In this document: in pieces, positions 22,452 through 34,476 of the stretch | Layout of the letters: every line of letters starts with the position of its first letter | Numbering within the stretch: position 1 is the first letter of the stretch | Assembly (NCBI RefSeq): GCF_056712565.1 | Contig: NZ_CM160072.1 | DNA length: 64,000 nucleotides | Strand: one strand, 5' to 3' | Notes under the pieces: generated by a model | What the model was told of the DNA's origin: nothing | Databases searched by the model: none | The model's input: the letters and a program-made list of their open reading frames with translations, nothing else | Translations under genes and position numbers: made by a program

Positions 22452-23246
22452 TTAAACAGCGGGCATATTGCGCCCGTAATAAATCTCGCGCATTTCTTTC
22501 CACAGCGCAGCGGTAATTTCCTGGCGCTCGCTGTCGGTTAAATCTTCCGGTTTGGTGTGGAACATGTAGTGCTTAAGGTCGAACTCTTTAAGCAACATCT
22601 TGGTATGGAAGATATTCTCCTGATAGACGTTTACATCCACCATGTCATACAGCGCCTTCATATCTTCGGACATAAAGTTCTGAATCGAATTAATCTCATG
22701 GTCGATAAAGTGCTTCATACCGTTAATGTCGCGGGTAAAACCGCGCACGCGATAATCAATAGTCACAATATCGGACTCAAGCTGGTGGATCAGGTAATTC
22801 AGCGCCTTCAGCGGAGAAATCACGCCGCAGGTAGAGACTTCAATATCGGCGCGGAAGGTACATAAACCGCCTTCAGGATGACTTTCCGGGTAGGTATGTA
22901 CGCAAATATGACTTTTATCGAGATGGGCAACGACCGTTTCTGGCAGTGGGCCGGGATGTTCTGTTTTGTCGATAAGTTTCGGGTCGACCGGTTCTTCACT
23001 CACCAGAATAGTGACGCTGGCACCTTGTGGCTCGTAATCCTGGCGGGCGATGTTAAGAATATTGGCCCCGATAATGGAACAGGTTTCTGACAGGATTTCG
23101 GTCAGACGGTTGGCATTATAGAGTTCATCGATATAAGCAATATAACCGTCGCGCTCTTCGGTAGTTTTGGCGTAGCAGATATCGTAAATACAAAAACTCA
23201 GACTTTTGGTCAGATTATTAAAGCCATGCAGTTTCAGTTTTTTCAA
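22452..23246 (-). CDS. speD: S-adenosylmethionine decarboxylase proenzyme
   Basis: 264 aa, [26 protein letters not shown]... Confidence 0.93.
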
Positions 23247-23261
23247 TTTCTTATCTTCTCC

Positions 23262-24128
23262 TTAGGACGGCTGTGAAGCCAGTGCATCTTGCAGATACTG
23301 GGGTAAGGCAAAAGCTGCCGTATGGACTGCCGGATTGTAATAACGGCATTTCAGGCCAGAAGCGAGAAAACGCGCCTGAATAATTTCGGTTGAGAGATGG
23401 CGTAAGGCGTCGTTATCTGTCGCCCATGCAAAGGTCATGATGCCGCCGTAATAGGTCGGGATCGCCGCCTGATAAAAGCCAACATCGCTGAAGTAATGGC
23501 TGAGTTTGCGATGACTGTCGATGGCCTCTTCCTGCTGTAAAAAGCAGACGCCGTTTTGTGCGACGAAGATACCGCCAGGATTCAGGCAACGTTTGCAGCC
23601 TTCATAAAATGCAGAAGTAAACAGACTTTCGCCGGGACCGATAGGATCGGTGCAGTCGGAGATAATGACATCAAAGGTCTGGTTGGTTTGATTAACGAAA
23701 TTGACACCATCGTCGATCACCAGTTTAAAGCGCGGATCGTCGTAACTACCGGCGTTATGGTTGGGAAGATACTGACGGCAGAACGACACGACACCCGCAT
23801 CGATTTCCACCATCGTGATTGACTCAACGTTTTTATGTCGGGTTACTTCACGCAGCATGGCACCGTCGCCGCCGCCGATAATCAGCACATGTTTCGCGTG
23901 ACCGTGGGCCAGTAGCGGAACATGGGTCATCATCTCATGATAGATAAACTCGTCACGCTCGGTGGTTTGTACTACACCATCCAGCGCCATTACGCGACCA
24001 AATGCGGCGTTCTCAAAAATGATCAGATCCTGGTGATCGGTCTTTTCATGATACAGAACGTTATCTACCGCAAAGTACTGCCCAAACTGGTCGTGTAGCG
24101 TTTCATGCCACTGTTTTTTTTCGGCCAT
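23262..24128 (-). CDS. speE: Spermidine synthase
   Basis: 288 aa, [40 protein letters not shown]... Confidence 0.93.
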   Translation of the reverse strand: MAEKKQWHETLHDQFGQYFAVDNVLYHEKTDHQDLIIFENAAFGRVMALDGVVQTTERDEFIYHEMMTHVPLLAHGHAKHVLIIGGGDGAMLREVTRHKNVESITMVEIDAGVVSFCRQYLPNHNAGSYDDPRFKLVIDDGVNFVNQTNQTFDVIISDCTDPIGPGESLFTSAFYEGCKRCLNPGGIFVAQNGVCFLQQEEAIDSHRKLSHYFSDVGFYQAAIPTYYGGIMTFAWATDNDALRHLSTEIIQARFLASGLKCRYYNPAVHTAAFALPQYLQDALASQPS

Positions 24129-24233
24129 GGGTTGATACCTCCTTTGTTAACACCCGTAAAAAAATGGCGCAACATAATAGCTAACATTGACCGCGGATGC
24201 ACGGTCAATATTTCTACAAAAAGGTATCAGGGA

Positions 24234-24581
24234 TTATTTGACGTAGGCAAGCAGGCTTAAGGAATCGCGAGCCAGGGCTTTGCACTTTTTAGCGACGGGA
24301 ATGCCAATGCCGCTGAGATCGCGGTAGCTGTCTTCACCGAGGGCTTTCATGTCGAAGGTGTCGTAATTACTGAGATCCCACTGGTTTTGCTGGGCGAAAA
24401 AGACCAGCGCGCGACGAATTTGCCCGTTAGGTAAGTTCTGGTAACCACAATCGTTCTTCAGAAAAACAAAAACTGCCGTTAAATCGGCCATATCTTCGGC
24501 TTCAGACTCGCTGAGCGCGTAACTGTTTGCGCAAACGGCCATCAGGCTGCCGAATAACACTGTTCTGAAAAACGTCTTCAT
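24234..24581 (-). CDS. yacC: Uncharacterised periplasmic protein YacC
   Basis: Start trimmed to MKTFFRTVLFGSLMAVCANSYA (signal peptide), 115 aa. Confidence 0.85.
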   Translation of the reverse strand: MKTFFRTVLFGSLMAVCANSYALSESEAEDMADLTAVFVFLKNDCGYQNLPNGQIRRALVFFAQQNQWDLSNYDTFDMKALGEDSYRDLSGIGIPVAKKCKALARDSLSLLAYVK

Positions 24582-24670
24582 TGCTTCTACCAGGGGCTTA
24601 AAGAAGATAAACGTTAGCACACTGCGAGCGAGGCGACGACCATTATTGTCGATTAAATTGTGTCTGCGGC

Positions 24671-24701
24671 TTGACCTTCCCGTAAGGGGAAGGACTATGC
24701 T
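24671..24701 (+). promoter_or_regulatory. cueO promoter with CueR (MerR-family) operator
   Basis: TTGACC -35, then the palindrome ccttcccgtaaggggaagg (24675-24693), then TATGCT -10. The 19-bp spacer is typical of MerR-type promoters. Confidence 0.75.
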
Positions 24702-24746
24702 CAACGTTTGATTTTGTTTCGCCTGCTTAAGAATAAGGAAATAACT

Positions 24747-26297
24747 ATGCAACGTCGTGATTTCTTGAAATATTCCGTCGCGCTGGGTGTGGCTTCAGCC
24801 TTGCCGCTGTGGAGCCGCGCAGTATTTGCGGCGGAACGCCCAACGTTACCAATCCCTGATTTGCTCACGACCGATGCCCGTAATCGCATTCAGTTAACTA
24901 TTGGCGCAGGTCAGTCCACCTTTGGCGGGAAAACCGCAACTACCTGGGGCTATAACGGCAATCTGCTGGGGCCGGCGGTGAAATTACAGCGTGGCAAAGC
25001 GGTAACGGTTGATATCTACAACCAACTGACGGAAGAGACGACGTTGCACTGGCACGGGCTGGAAGTACCGGGTGAAGTGGACGGCGGCCCGCAGGGAATT
25101 ATTCCGCCAGGTGGCAAGCGCTCGGTGACGTTGAACGTTGATCAACCTGCCGCTACCTGCTGGTTCCATCCACATCAACATGGCAAGACCGGACGTCAGG
25201 TGGCGATGGGGCTGGCTGGTTTGGTGGTGATTGAAGATGACGAGATCCTGAAATTAATGCTGCCAAAACAGTGGGGTATTGATGATGTCCCGGTGATTGT
25301 TCAGGATAAAAAATTTAACGCTGACGGGCAGATTGATTATCAACTGGATGTGATGACCGCCGCCGTGGGCTGGTTTGGCGATACGCTGCTGACCAACGGT
25401 GCAATCTACCCGCAACACGCTGCCCCGCGCGGCTGGCTGCGCCTGCGTTTGCTCAATGGCTGTAATGCCCGTTCGCTCAATTTCGCCACCAGCGACAATC
25501 GCCCGCTGTATGTGATTGCCAGCGACGGTGGTCTGCTACCTGAACCAGTGAAGGTGAGCGAGCTACCGGTGCTGATGGGTGAGCGTTTTGAAGTGCTGGT
25601 GGAGGTTAACGACAACAAACCATTTGACCTGGTGACGCTGCCGGTCAGTCAGATGGGGATGGCGATTGCGCCGTTTGACAAGCCGCATCCGGTAATGCGG
25701 ATTCAGCCGATTGCCATTAGTGCCTCTGGTGCTTTGCCAGACACATTAAGTAGCCTGCCTGCGTTACCTTCGCTGGAAGGGCTGACGGTACGCAAGCTGC
25801 AACTTTCTATGGACCCAATGCTCGATATGATGGGGATGCAGATGCTGATGGAGAAATATGGCGATCAGGCGATGGCCGGGATGGATCACAGCCAGATGAT
25901 GGGCCATATGGGGCACGGCAATATGAATCATATGAACCACAGCGGGAAGTTTGATTTCCACCATGCCAACAAAATCAACGGTCAGGCGTTTGATATGAAT
26001 AAGCCGATGTTTGCGGCGGCGAAAGGGCAGTACGAACGTTGGGTTATCTCTGGCGTGGGCGACATGATGCTGCATCCGTTCCATATCCACGGTACGCAGT
26101 TCCGTATCTTGTCAGAAAATGGCAAACCGCCAGCGACGCATCGTGCAGGCTGGAAAGATACCGTTAAGGTAGAAGGTAATGTCAGCGAAGTGCTGGTGAA
26201 GTTTAATCACGATGCACCGAAAGAACATGCTTATATGGCGCACTGCCATCTGCTGGAGCATGAAGATACGGGGATGATGTTAGGGTTTACGGTATAA
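24747..26297 (+). CDS. cueO: Multicopper oxidase CueO
   Basis: Start set to [18 protein letters not shown] (Tat signal); Met-rich insert [30 protein letters not shown]; Cu-site [13 protein letters not shown]. Confidence 0.93.
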   Translation: MQRRDFLKYSVALGVASALPLWSRAVFAAERPTLPIPDLLTTDARNRIQLTIGAGQSTFGGKTATTWGYNGNLLGPAVKLQRGKAVTVDIYNQLTEETTLHWHGLEVPGEVDGGPQGIIPPGGKRSVTLNVDQPAATCWFHPHQHGKTGRQVAMGLAGLVVIEDDEILKLMLPKQWGIDDVPVIVQDKKFNADGQIDYQLDVMTAAVGWFGDTLLTNGAIYPQHAAPRGWLRLRLLNGCNARSLNFATSDNRPLYVIASDGGLLPEPVKVSELPVLMGERFEVLVEVNDNKPFDLVTLPVSQMGMAIAPFDKPHPVMRIQPIAISASGALPDTLSSLPALPSLEGLTVRKLQLSMDPMLDMMGMQMLMEKYGDQAMAGMDHSQMMGHMGHGNMNHMNHSGKFDFHHANKINGQAFDMNKPMFAAAKGQYERWVISGVGDMMLHPFHIHGTQFRILSENGKPPATHRAGWKDTVKVEGNVSEVLVKFNHDAPKEHAYMAHCHLLEHEDTGMMLGFTV

Positions 26298-26317
26298 AAA
26301 GACCGTATTCGGAAATA

Positions 26318-26337
26318 TGCCCGGATCTCTCCGGGCA
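26318..26337. terminator. Bidirectional hairpin between convergent cueO and gcd
   Basis: tgcccgga-tctc-tccgggca. Confidence 0.6.
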
Positions 26338-26343
26338 TTATGG

Positions 26344-28734
26344 TTACTTCACATCATCCGGCAACGCATAAGCCACAATATAGTCGCCCATCTTCGTACC
26401 AAATGAACCGTGACCGCCTGCGGAGATCACCACATACTGCTTGCCATTCACTTCATAGGTCATTGGCGTAGCCTGACCACCCGCTGGTAAACGACCCTGC
26501 CACAGTTTTTCACCGTTGCTCATGTTGTAAGCGCGCAGGTAGTTATCTGCCGTAGCGGCGATAAACAGCACGTTACCCGCCGTGGAGATTGGCCCGCCCA
26601 GCATCGGCATACCCATATTGAACGGCACCGGTACAGGCATTGGGAATGGCATACTGTCCTGCGGCGTACCAATACGTTTCTTCCACACCACTTCATTGGT
26701 TTTCAGATCCAATGCTGAGATATAGCCCCATGCTGGCTGTTTACATGGCAGACCAAACGGTGAGAGGAACGGGTTGAGCGTGACGCCATACGGTACACCG
26801 TACTGCGGCTGGATGCCGGATTCCGTACCCGTGCCTTTGGCATCTTTCGGCTGTTCCATCGGGTTACCAGGACCGCGTGGGATCAGTTTCGAAACAAACG
26901 GCAGTGCCATTGGGTTGGCAATCGCCACTTCACGATTCGGATCAACGGAAATCCCGCCCCATTCGAACATCCCCAGGTTACCCGGGAAGACCAGCGTACC
27001 CTGTTCAGATGGCGGCGTAAAAATGCCTTCATAGCGCATCTGGTGGAACATCACGCGGCACACCAACTGGTCAAACATGGTGGCACCCCACATATCCGCA
27101 CCGCTCAAATCTTTCGTCGGACGGAAGCTCAGTTCCGAGAAGGGTTGAGTAGGGGTCACGTAATCGCCTTTGGCAGCACCTTGGGGAACCGGTTTTTCCG
27201 GGGCCGGAACCACCAGTTCACCATTGCGACGATCGAGCACAAAAATGTTGCCGGTTTTCGCCGGAGCATAAATGACCGGCACTTTCTGACCATTAACGGT
27301 GATGTCCGCCAGCGTCGGCTGTGCAGGAAGATCCATATCCCACAGGTCGTGGTGAACGGTCTGGTAGCTCCACGCCAGTTTCCCGGTAGTGGCATTCAGC
27401 GCCAGAATCGAGCTGGCATAACGTTCCTGTTCCGGTGTGCGATTACCGCCCCAGATATCTGGCGTGGTCACGCCCATCGGCAGATAGACCAGATCCAGCT
27501 TCGCGTCATAGGCCGCTGGTGCCCACGAGTTTGGTGAGTTAAAGGTAAAGGTGTGTTCGTCAGACGGGATCGCATTCGGATCTTTCGCGCCCGGATCAAA
27601 AGCCCACAGCAGCTCCCCGGTGTTGACATCAAAACCACGGATCACGCCAGACGTTTCGCGGGTTGAGAAGTTGTCGGTGACTGAACCGGCCATCACGATG
27701 GTTTTATCGGTGATAATCGGCGGCGAAGTCGGCTCATACAGACCCGGTTTGGTGTCCGGCATATTGCTTTGCAGATTGAGCACGCCTTTATTGGCGAAGG
27801 TTTCGCACAGCTTGCCGTTTTCAGCGTTAATCGCAATCAGACGACCATCATTGACCGGAAGAATGATACGACGCGGGCAATCCGCCATCACTTCCGGCGA
27901 AGCAGTTTCTGCTTTGGCTTCATGATAAGAGACGCCACGGCAGGTTACATGCTGGAAGGACTCGTTGGTTTTCAGCTCAGGATCGTAATGCCATTTCTCT
28001 TTACCGCTGGCGGCATCCAGCGCAAACAGACGTTGATGCGCGGTACACAGGTAAAGGGTGTCGCCCACTTTAATTGGCGTCACTTCATTGGTGATTTCGC
28101 CCGGATCGTTCGGCTGCTTCACATCGCCAGTACGGAACACCCAGGCTTCTTTCAGCTTGTGGACGTTATCAGTGTTAATTTGCTTCAGTGGTGAAAAGCG
28201 TTGACCTTCCTGATTGCGACCATAGGCAGGCCAGTCCTGATCGGCAACGGGGGAGATGGCTTCTGCTGGCGTGGTATCGGCGCTTAAGGTGCCGCTGATT
28301 TCCTGCGGATCGTTAAATCCGGCCCAGGTCAGGATACCACCGCTAATCAGCAGTGCGACCACCAGTGCGGCAACTGCGCCGCTGGCAGGAATGACCAGGC
28401 GACGCCAGACAAACGGCAGGATCAGCCAGATGCCGAAGAAGACCAGAATGTCGCTGCGCGGAGTCAGCGCCCAGAAGTCGAAACCAACTTCCCAGACGCC
28501 CCAAATCATAGTGCCGAGCAGCAGGGCTGCGTACAGCCAAAGCGCGGCGCGTTTACTGCGCCACAGCATCCAGGCGACGCCGAGCATCACAAGGCCAGCG
28601 ATAGGGTAGTACCAGGAGCCGCCAATCGCGACCAGCCAGCCTCCGCCAATGAGTAGATACAGCCCGCAAAGCGCTGCAAAAAGGGCTGTTAGCGTGACGA
28701 GTAATCGCCGCGAGCCGGTATTGTTAATTGCCAT
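26344..28734 (-). CDS. gcd: PQQ-dependent membrane glucose dehydrogenase
   Basis: Start set to MAINNTGSRRLLVTLTALFAAL (796 aa); N-terminal TM segments followed by PQQ beta-propeller. Confidence 0.93.
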   Translation of the reverse strand: MAINNTGSRRLLVTLTALFAALCGLYLLIGGGWLVAIGGSWYYPIAGLVMLGVAWMLWRSKRAALWLYAALLLGTMIWGVWEVGFDFWALTPRSDILVFFGIWLILPFVWRRLVIPASGAVAALVVALLISGGILTWAGFNDPQEISGTLSADTTPAEAISPVADQDWPAYGRNQEGQRFSPLKQINTDNVHKLKEAWVFRTGDVKQPNDPGEITNEVTPIKVGDTLYLCTAHQRLFALDAASGKEKWHYDPELKTNESFQHVTCRGVSYHEAKAETASPEVMADCPRRIILPVNDGRLIAINAENGKLCETFANKGVLNLQSNMPDTKPGLYEPTSPPIITDKTIVMAGSVTDNFSTRETSGVIRGFDVNTGELLWAFDPGAKDPNAIPSDEHTFTFNSPNSWAPAAYDAKLDLVYLPMGVTTPDIWGGNRTPEQERYASSILALNATTGKLAWSYQTVHHDLWDMDLPAQPTLADITVNGQKVPVIYAPAKTGNIFVLDRRNGELVVPAPEKPVPQGAAKGDYVTPTQPFSELSFRPTKDLSGADMWGATMFDQLVCRVMFHQMRYEGIFTPPSEQGTLVFPGNLGMFEWGGISVDPNREVAIANPMALPFVSKLIPRGPGNPMEQPKDAKGTGTESGIQPQYGVPYGVTLNPFLSPFGLPCKQPAWGYISALDLKTNEVVWKKRIGTPQDSMPFPMPVPVPFNMGMPMLGGPISTAGNVLFIAATADNYLRAYNMSNGEKLWQGRLPAGGQATPMTYEVNGKQYVVISAGGHGSFGTKMGDYIVAYALPDDVK

Positions 28735-28939
28735 AAAGAGACACCATTTCAATTCATTAATATTTTAGTAGCAATTAATTATAGGTTTTAACATGTGTGA
28801 TCGTCATCACAATTCGAGCTTTATTAACAGATTCCGCGAATGAATAGTTTTACTGGTATACTGCGTGTCTTGCGCTTTGTTGCGGTGCTGAAACCTGCCC
28901 GTGCGAAGTGATTTGTTTTTAAATCATATGGTTATAGAT

Positions 28940-29476
28940 ATGAAACATACTGTAGAAGTAATGATCCCCGAAGCGGAGATTAAAGCGCGTATCGCCGAAC
29001 TGGGTCGTCAGATTACTGAGCGTTACAAAGACAGCGGCAGCGATATGGTGCTGGTGGGTCTGCTGCGTGGCTCATTTATGTTTATGGCGGACCTGTGCCG
29101 TGAAGTTCAGGTATCTCATGAAGTCGACTTTATGACCGCCTCCAGCTACGGTAGCGGCATGTCCACCACCCGTGATGTGAAAATCCTCAAAGACCTGGAT
29201 GAAGATATCCGTGGCAAGGACGTGCTGATTGTTGAAGATATCATCGACTCGGGGAATACACTGTCGAAAGTGCGTGAGATCTTAAGCCTGCGCGAACCGA
29301 AGTCGTTGGCGATTTGTACGCTGCTGGATAAACCGTCCCGTCGTGAAGTGAACGTCCCGGTAGAATTTATCGGTTTCTCGATCCCGGATGAGTTTGTGGT
29401 GGGTTACGGCATTGATTACGCACAGCGTTACCGTCATCTGCCGTATATCGGCAAAGTGATTCTGCTGGACGAGTAA
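28940..29476 (+). CDS. hpt: Hypoxanthine phosphoribosyltransferase
   Basis: Start set to [18 protein letters not shown] (178 aa); PRPP-binding motif [13 protein letters not shown]. Confidence 0.93.
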
Positions 29477-29485
29477 GTGTGAAGT

Positions 29486-29508
29486 TGCCGGATGTGTTGC
29501 ATCCGGCA
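29486..29508. terminator. Bidirectional hairpin between convergent hpt and can
   Basis: tgccggatg-tgtt-catccggca. Confidence 0.6.
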
Positions 29509-29516
29509 TGGCGAAT

Positions 29517-30179
29517 TTATTTGTGATTGATGTGCTTCAGCTTGAGGTTGGAGATCCCGTGACGGTAACGTTGCTCAAGGGTTTCGCGGTTAGTCGCTGT
29601 GACATCCAGATCACGCAGCAAGCCGTCGTGAATGCCGTAGGCCCAGCCGTGAATGGTAACTTTCTGCCCGCGTTTCCACGCTGATTGCATAATGGTGGAG
29701 TGGCCCAGGTTATACACCTGTTCCATGACGTTCAGTTCACACAAGGTATCCAGACGGCGCTCTTGCGGCATTTCGCCGAGCAATGAGCTATGTTTGAACC
29801 AGATATCGCGGATATGCAGCAGCCAGTTGTTGATAAGCCCCAGTTCTGGGTTTTCAACTGCGGCTTGTACGCCGCCGCAACCGTAGTGGCCACAGATAAT
29901 AATGTGTTCAACTTCGAGTACATCCACTGCATACTGAACCACGGAAAGGCAGTTCAGGTCGGTGTGAATGACCAGGTTAGCAACATTACGGTGAACAAAG
30001 AGTTCGCCCGGCTCAAGACCGGTTAAACGTTCTGCAGGAACGCGACTGTCGGAACATCCAATCCATAGAAAGCGCGGTTTTTGCGCTTGTGCCAGTTTCT
30101 CAAAAAACCCGGGATCCTCTTCCACCAGCATTTTTGACCATAGTGCATTGTTGCTGATGAGTGTATCTATGTCTTTCAT
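29517..30179 (-). CDS. can: Beta-class carbonic anhydrase 2
   Basis: 220 aa, [50 protein letters not shown]... Confidence 0.93.
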   Translation of the reverse strand: MKDIDTLISNNALWSKMLVEEDPGFFEKLAQAQKPRFLWIGCSDSRVPAERLTGLEPGELFVHRNVANLVIHTDLNCLSVVQYAVDVLEVEHIIICGHYGCGGVQAAVENPELGLINNWLLHIRDIWFKHSSLLGEMPQERRLDTLCELNVMEQVYNLGHSTIMQSAWKRGQKVTIHGWAYGIHDGLLRDLDVTATNRETLEQRYRHGISNLKLKHINHK

Positions 30180-30287
30180 GGAGGTTAACGACCTGTAACC
30201 AAATAATTACGTTTGGCTAATATAGGGCAACTCCGGGACGATTTAAACCACAGATAAAGTGTAAGAACGTAAGGTAAGTAAAAATTT

Positions 30288-31214
30288 ATGACCATTGCAC
30301 TGGAACTTCAACAGCTTAAAAAAACCTATCCAGGCGGCGTTCAGGCGCTTCGTGGAATCGATTTGCAGGTCGAAGCGGGTGATTTTTATGCGCTTCTCGG
30401 GCCGAACGGGGCCGGAAAATCGACCACTATCGGTATTATCAGCTCTCTGGTAAATAAAACCTCCGGGCGGGTCAGCGTATTTGGTTACGATCTCGAGAAA
30501 GATGTCGTAAACGCTAAACGTCAGTTGGGGCTGGTGCCACAGGAATTTAACTTCAACCCGTTTGAAACCGTGCAGCAAATTGTGGTGAATCAGGCAGGGT
30601 ACTACGGTGTGGAGCGCAAAGAAGCGTACATTCGCAGCGAAAAGTATCTTAAACAACTCGATCTATGGGGAAAACGCAACGAACGTGCGCGTATGTTATC
30701 TGGCGGGATGAAGCGCCGTTTAATGATTGCCCGTGCGTTAATGCATGAACCTAAACTACTGATTCTCGACGAACCGACCGCAGGCGTGGATATTGAACTT
30801 CGCCGCTCAATGTGGGGCTTTTTGAAGGATTTAAACGACAAAGGCACCACCATCATTCTCACCACACATTACCTGGAAGAAGCAGAAATGCTGTGCCGCA
30901 ATATCGGCATTATTCAACACGGTGAGCTGGTGGAAAATACTTCGATGAAGGCGCTGCTGGCGAAGCTGAAATCAGAAACCTTTATTCTCGATCTCGCACC
31001 GAAAAGTCCGTTACCGAAGCTCGATGGCTATCAGTATCGACTGGTAGATACCGCCACGCTGGAAGTTGAAGTGCTGCGTGAGCAGGGCATCAACAGCGTA
31101 TTTACGCAGTTAAGTGAGCAGGGCATTCAGGTATTAAGTATGCGTAACAAAGCTAACCGTCTGGAAGAGCTGTTTGTTTCACTGGTTAATGAAAAACAAG
31201 GAGATCGCACATGA
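30288..31214 (+). CDS. yadG: ABC transporter ATP-binding protein YadG
   Basis: 308 aa with Walker A GPNGAGKST and ABC signature LSGGMKRR. Confidence 0.9.
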   Translation: MTIALELQQLKKTYPGGVQALRGIDLQVEAGDFYALLGPNGAGKSTTIGIISSLVNKTSGRVSVFGYDLEKDVVNAKRQLGLVPQEFNFNPFETVQQIVVNQAGYYGVERKEAYIRSEKYLKQLDLWGKRNERARMLSGGMKRRLMIARALMHEPKLLILDEPTAGVDIELRRSMWGFLKDLNDKGTTIILTTHYLEEAEMLCRNIGIIQHGELVENTSMKALLAKLKSETFILDLAPKSPLPKLDGYQYRLVDTATLEVEVLREQGINSVFTQLSEQGIQVLSMRNKANRLEELFVSLVNEKQGDRT

Positions 31215-31981
31215 TGCATCTTTACTGGGTGGCGCTAAAAAGCATCTGGGCGAAAGAGATCCATCGCTTTATGCGCATCTGGGTGCAGACGCTGGTGCCG
31301 CCAGTCATCACCATGACCCTTTACTTTATTATCTTCGGTAACCTGATTGGTTCGCGTATTGGCGATATGCATGGCTTCAGCTACATGCAGTTCATCGTAC
31401 CGGGGCTGATCATGATGTCGGTGATCACCAACGCCTACGCTAACGTCGCGTCATCATTTTTTGGTGCCAAGTTCCAGCGTAATATTGAAGAGCTGCTGGT
31501 AGCGCCGGTTCCGACTCATGTCATTATTGCCGGATATGTCGGTGGTGGCGTGGCGCGTGGTCTGTTTGTTGGTATTTTGGTGACGGCAATTTCACTGTTT
31601 TTTGTGCCGTTTCAGGTGCATTCGTGGGTATTCGTTGCCTTAACCCTGGTGCTCACTGCGGTGCTATTCTCCCTTGCGGGTTTGCTGAACGGCGTGTTTG
31701 CCAAAACGTTCGATGACATCAGCCTGGTGCCAACCTTTGTGTTAACGCCACTCACGTATTTGGGCGGGGTGTTTTACTCCCTGACTTTGTTGCCGCCGTT
31801 CTGGCAAGGGCTGTCGCACCTGAACCCAATCGTTTATATGATCAGTGGTTTCCGCTACGGCTTCCTCGGTATCAATGATGTTCCGCTGGTCACTACCTTC
31901 GGTGTACTGGTGGTCTTTATTGTGGCGTTTTATTTGATCTGTTGGTCGCTGATCCAACGTGGACGTGGTTTGCGTAGCTAA
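31211..31981 (+). CDS. yadH: ABC-2 type transporter permease YadH
   Basis: 256-aa polytopic protein overlapping the yadG stop by 4 bp. Confidence 0.9.
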   Translation: MMHLYWVALKSIWAKEIHRFMRIWVQTLVPPVITMTLYFIIFGNLIGSRIGDMHGFSYMQFIVPGLIMMSVITNAYANVASSFFGAKFQRNIEELLVAPVPTHVIIAGYVGGGVARGLFVGILVTAISLFFVPFQVHSWVFVALTLVLTAVLFSLAGLLNGVFAKTFDDISLVPTFVLTPLTYLGGVFYSLTLLPPFWQGLSHLNPIVYMISGFRYGFLGINDVPLVTTFGVLVVFIVAFYLICWSLIQRGRGLRS

Positions 31982-31988
31982 GGCTATT

Positions 31989-32022
31989 TCCTCTCCTCTG
32001 GATTTGGGGGAGAGGAGTTTTG
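31989..32022 (+). terminator. Intrinsic terminator after yadH
   Basis: tcctctcc-(loop)-ggagagga followed by TTTT. Confidence 0.55.
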
Positions 32023-32085
32023 ACGGCTATCACCCTTTATCAACAATGGTCAGGGTAGACTGATTTTCGGCTAAGGAGGAAGGCG

Positions 32086-32526
32086 ATGTTAGGTTGGGTA
32101 ATTACCTGTCACGATGACCGGGCGCAAGAGATACTGGATGCGCTGGAGAAAAAACATGGGGCACTTCTTCAGTGCCGGGCCGTGAATTTCTGGCGCGGAT
32201 TAAGCTCTAATATGCTCAGCCGCATGATGTGCGATGCCTTGCATGAAACGGACTCTGGTGAGGGCGTTATCTTTTTAACCGATATAGCCGGAGCGCCACC
32301 GTACCGCGTGGCTTCATTATTAAGCCACAAACACTCCCGTTGCGAAGTGATTTCTGGTGTCACGTTACCGTTAATTGAACAGATGATGGCTTGCCGTGAA
32401 ACCATGACCAGTTCAGCGTTTCGCGAGCATATTGTCGAACTGGGTGCGCCGGAGGTGAGTAGTCTTTGGCACCAACAACAAAAAAATCCGCCTTTCGTCC
32501 TCAAACATAATTTGTATGAGTATTAA
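32086..32526 (+). CDS. yadI: PTS EIIA-like protein YadI
   Basis: 146 aa, MLGWVITCHDDRAQEILDALEKKHG... Confidence 0.85.
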   Translation: MLGWVITCHDDRAQEILDALEKKHGALLQCRAVNFWRGLSSNMLSRMMCDALHETDSGEGVIFLTDIAGAPPYRVASLLSHKHSRCEVISGVTLPLIEQMMACRETMTSSAFREHIVELGAPEVSSLWHQQQKNPPFVLKHNLYEY

Positions 32527-32589
32527 CCCGCGATTCTGATGACGCTTTTGCTACAATAAAGGCGTTGTTTCACCCTCGGTTATTTTTTC

Positions 32590-33819
32590 ATGTACAAACA
32601 AGCTGTTATTCTCCTGCTGATGCTGTTTACCGCAAGTGTCAGTGCCGCGTTACCTGCCCGTTATATGCAAACCATCGAAAATGCCGCGGTCTGGGCGCAA
32701 ATTGGCGACAAAATGGTGACGGTAGGGAATATTCGGGCCGGACAAATCATTGCCGTGGAGCCCACTGCCGCAAGTTATTACGTATTTAATTTTGGCTTTG
32801 GTAAAGGGTTTATCGATAAAGGCCATCTCGAGCCGGTTCAGGGGCGACAAAAAGTTGAAGATGGTTTGGGTGACCTCAACAAGCCGCTGAGTAATCAGAA
32901 CTTAATAACCAGGAAAGATACGCCGGTTTATAACGCACCGAGTGTGGGCAGTGCGCCATTTGGAGTACTGGCGGACAATTTGCGCTACCCGATTTTGCAT
33001 AAACTGAAAGACAGGTTAAATCAAACCTGGTATCAGATCCGTATTGGCGATCGACTGGCCTATATCAGCGCGCTGGATGCCCAACCCGATAATGGCTTGC
33101 CGGTGCTAACCTATCACCATATTTTGCGCGACGAAGAAAACACCCGTTTTCGCCATACTTCGACGACCACCTCGGTACGCGCTTTCAATAACCAGATGGC
33201 CTGGCTGCGCGACAGGGGATACGCGACACTGAGCATGGCGCAGCTGGAAGGTTACGTGAAGAATAAGATCAATCTCCCTGCGCGAGCGGTGGTAATTACC
33301 TTTGATGATGGCCTCAAGTCGGTGAGCCGCTATGCGTATCCTGTGTTGAAACAATATGGTATGAAGGCGACGGCGTTTATTGTTACCTCGCGCATCAAAC
33401 GTCACCCGCAGAAATGGAACCCAAAATCGCTGCAATTTATGAGCGTTTCTGAACTTAACGAAATTCGCGATGTATTTGATTTCCAGTCACATACTCATTT
33501 TTTGCATCGGATAGATGGTTATCGGCGGCCTATATTGCTGAGCCGTAGTGAGCACAATATTCTGTTTGATTTTGCACGTTCACGCCGCGCTCTGGCGCAA
33601 TTTAATCCACATGTTTTGTATCTTTCTTATCCATTTGGCGGATTTAATGACAAAGCCGTGAAGGCAGCAAAAGAAGCCGGATTTCACCTGGCGGTGACGA
33701 CCATGAAAGGCAAAGTAAAACCGGGGGATAATCCGTTGTTACTAAAACGACTTTATATCTTAAGAACGGATTCGCTGGAGACGATGTCGCGGCTGGTGAG
33801 TAACCAGCCGCAGGGATAA
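32590..33819 (+). CDS. yadE: Polysaccharide deacetylase family protein YadE
   Basis: 409 aa with signal peptide and NodB-type deacetylase region (..[10 protein letters not shown]..). Confidence 0.85.
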   Translation: MYKQAVILLLMLFTASVSAALPARYMQTIENAAVWAQIGDKMVTVGNIRAGQIIAVEPTAASYYVFNFGFGKGFIDKGHLEPVQGRQKVEDGLGDLNKPLSNQNLITRKDTPVYNAPSVGSAPFGVLADNLRYPILHKLKDRLNQTWYQIRIGDRLAYISALDAQPDNGLPVLTYHHILRDEENTRFRHTSTTTSVRAFNNQMAWLRDRGYATLSMAQLEGYVKNKINLPARAVVITFDDGLKSVSRYAYPVLKQYGMKATAFIVTSRIKRHPQKWNPKSLQFMSVSELNEIRDVFDFQSHTHFLHRIDGYRRPILLSRSEHNILFDFARSRRALAQFNPHVLYLSYPFGGFNDKAVKAAKEAGFHLAVTTMKGKVKPGDNPLLLKRLYILRTDSLETMSRLVSNQPQG

Positions 33820-33822
33820 CAA

Positions 33823-34203
33823 TCAGGCAACCTGTACCGGAATCGCTTTCGCGGTACGTTTCATTTCGTTGTCGCCTTCAAAATAGGCGACGTTGGGTCG
33901 CCAGGTGCGAGCTTCTTCATCTGGCATGGTAACGAAGCTGGCGATGATGACAATATCGCCGACGCTGGCGCAGTGGGCCGCCGCACCGTTAACAGAAATA
34001 ATTCTCGAACCGCGTTCTGCCGCGATGGCATAGGTGGAGAAACGCTTGCCGTTGGTGACATTCCAGATATCAATGGCTTCGTTTTCGAGAATACCGGCTG
34101 CGTCAAGAAAATCCTGATCAATGGCGCAAGAACCTTCATAGTGCAGGTCCGCATGAGTCACTTTCACGCGGTGGAGTTTGCCCTGCAGCATCGTGCGAAT
34201 CAT
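33823..34203 (-). CDS. panD: Aspartate 1-decarboxylase
   Basis: 126 aa, [38 protein letters not shown]... Confidence 0.93.
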
Positions 34204-34476
34204 AACTTCTACCTTTCTACCCTGTCGTTAACGAAGCAGGCGATGCCTGCTTTGAGGAAATTCTCACGCAGTATTGCCCGATTTTTGTTGAGTGTCTACT
34301 CATCTGACGGCATTTGCAGCAGCAGTTTGCGTACCGTGCCGAAGCGTGCCATGTAACGCCTGTAACCAATTGAAATTTATCTGAACGCTGCTCGGTAAAC
34401 ACTAAAGAGGCGGCTGACGACGGCACACCATGACTGGATACTGCCTTCACGCAAGACCACACGGAAGGCAGGGAAG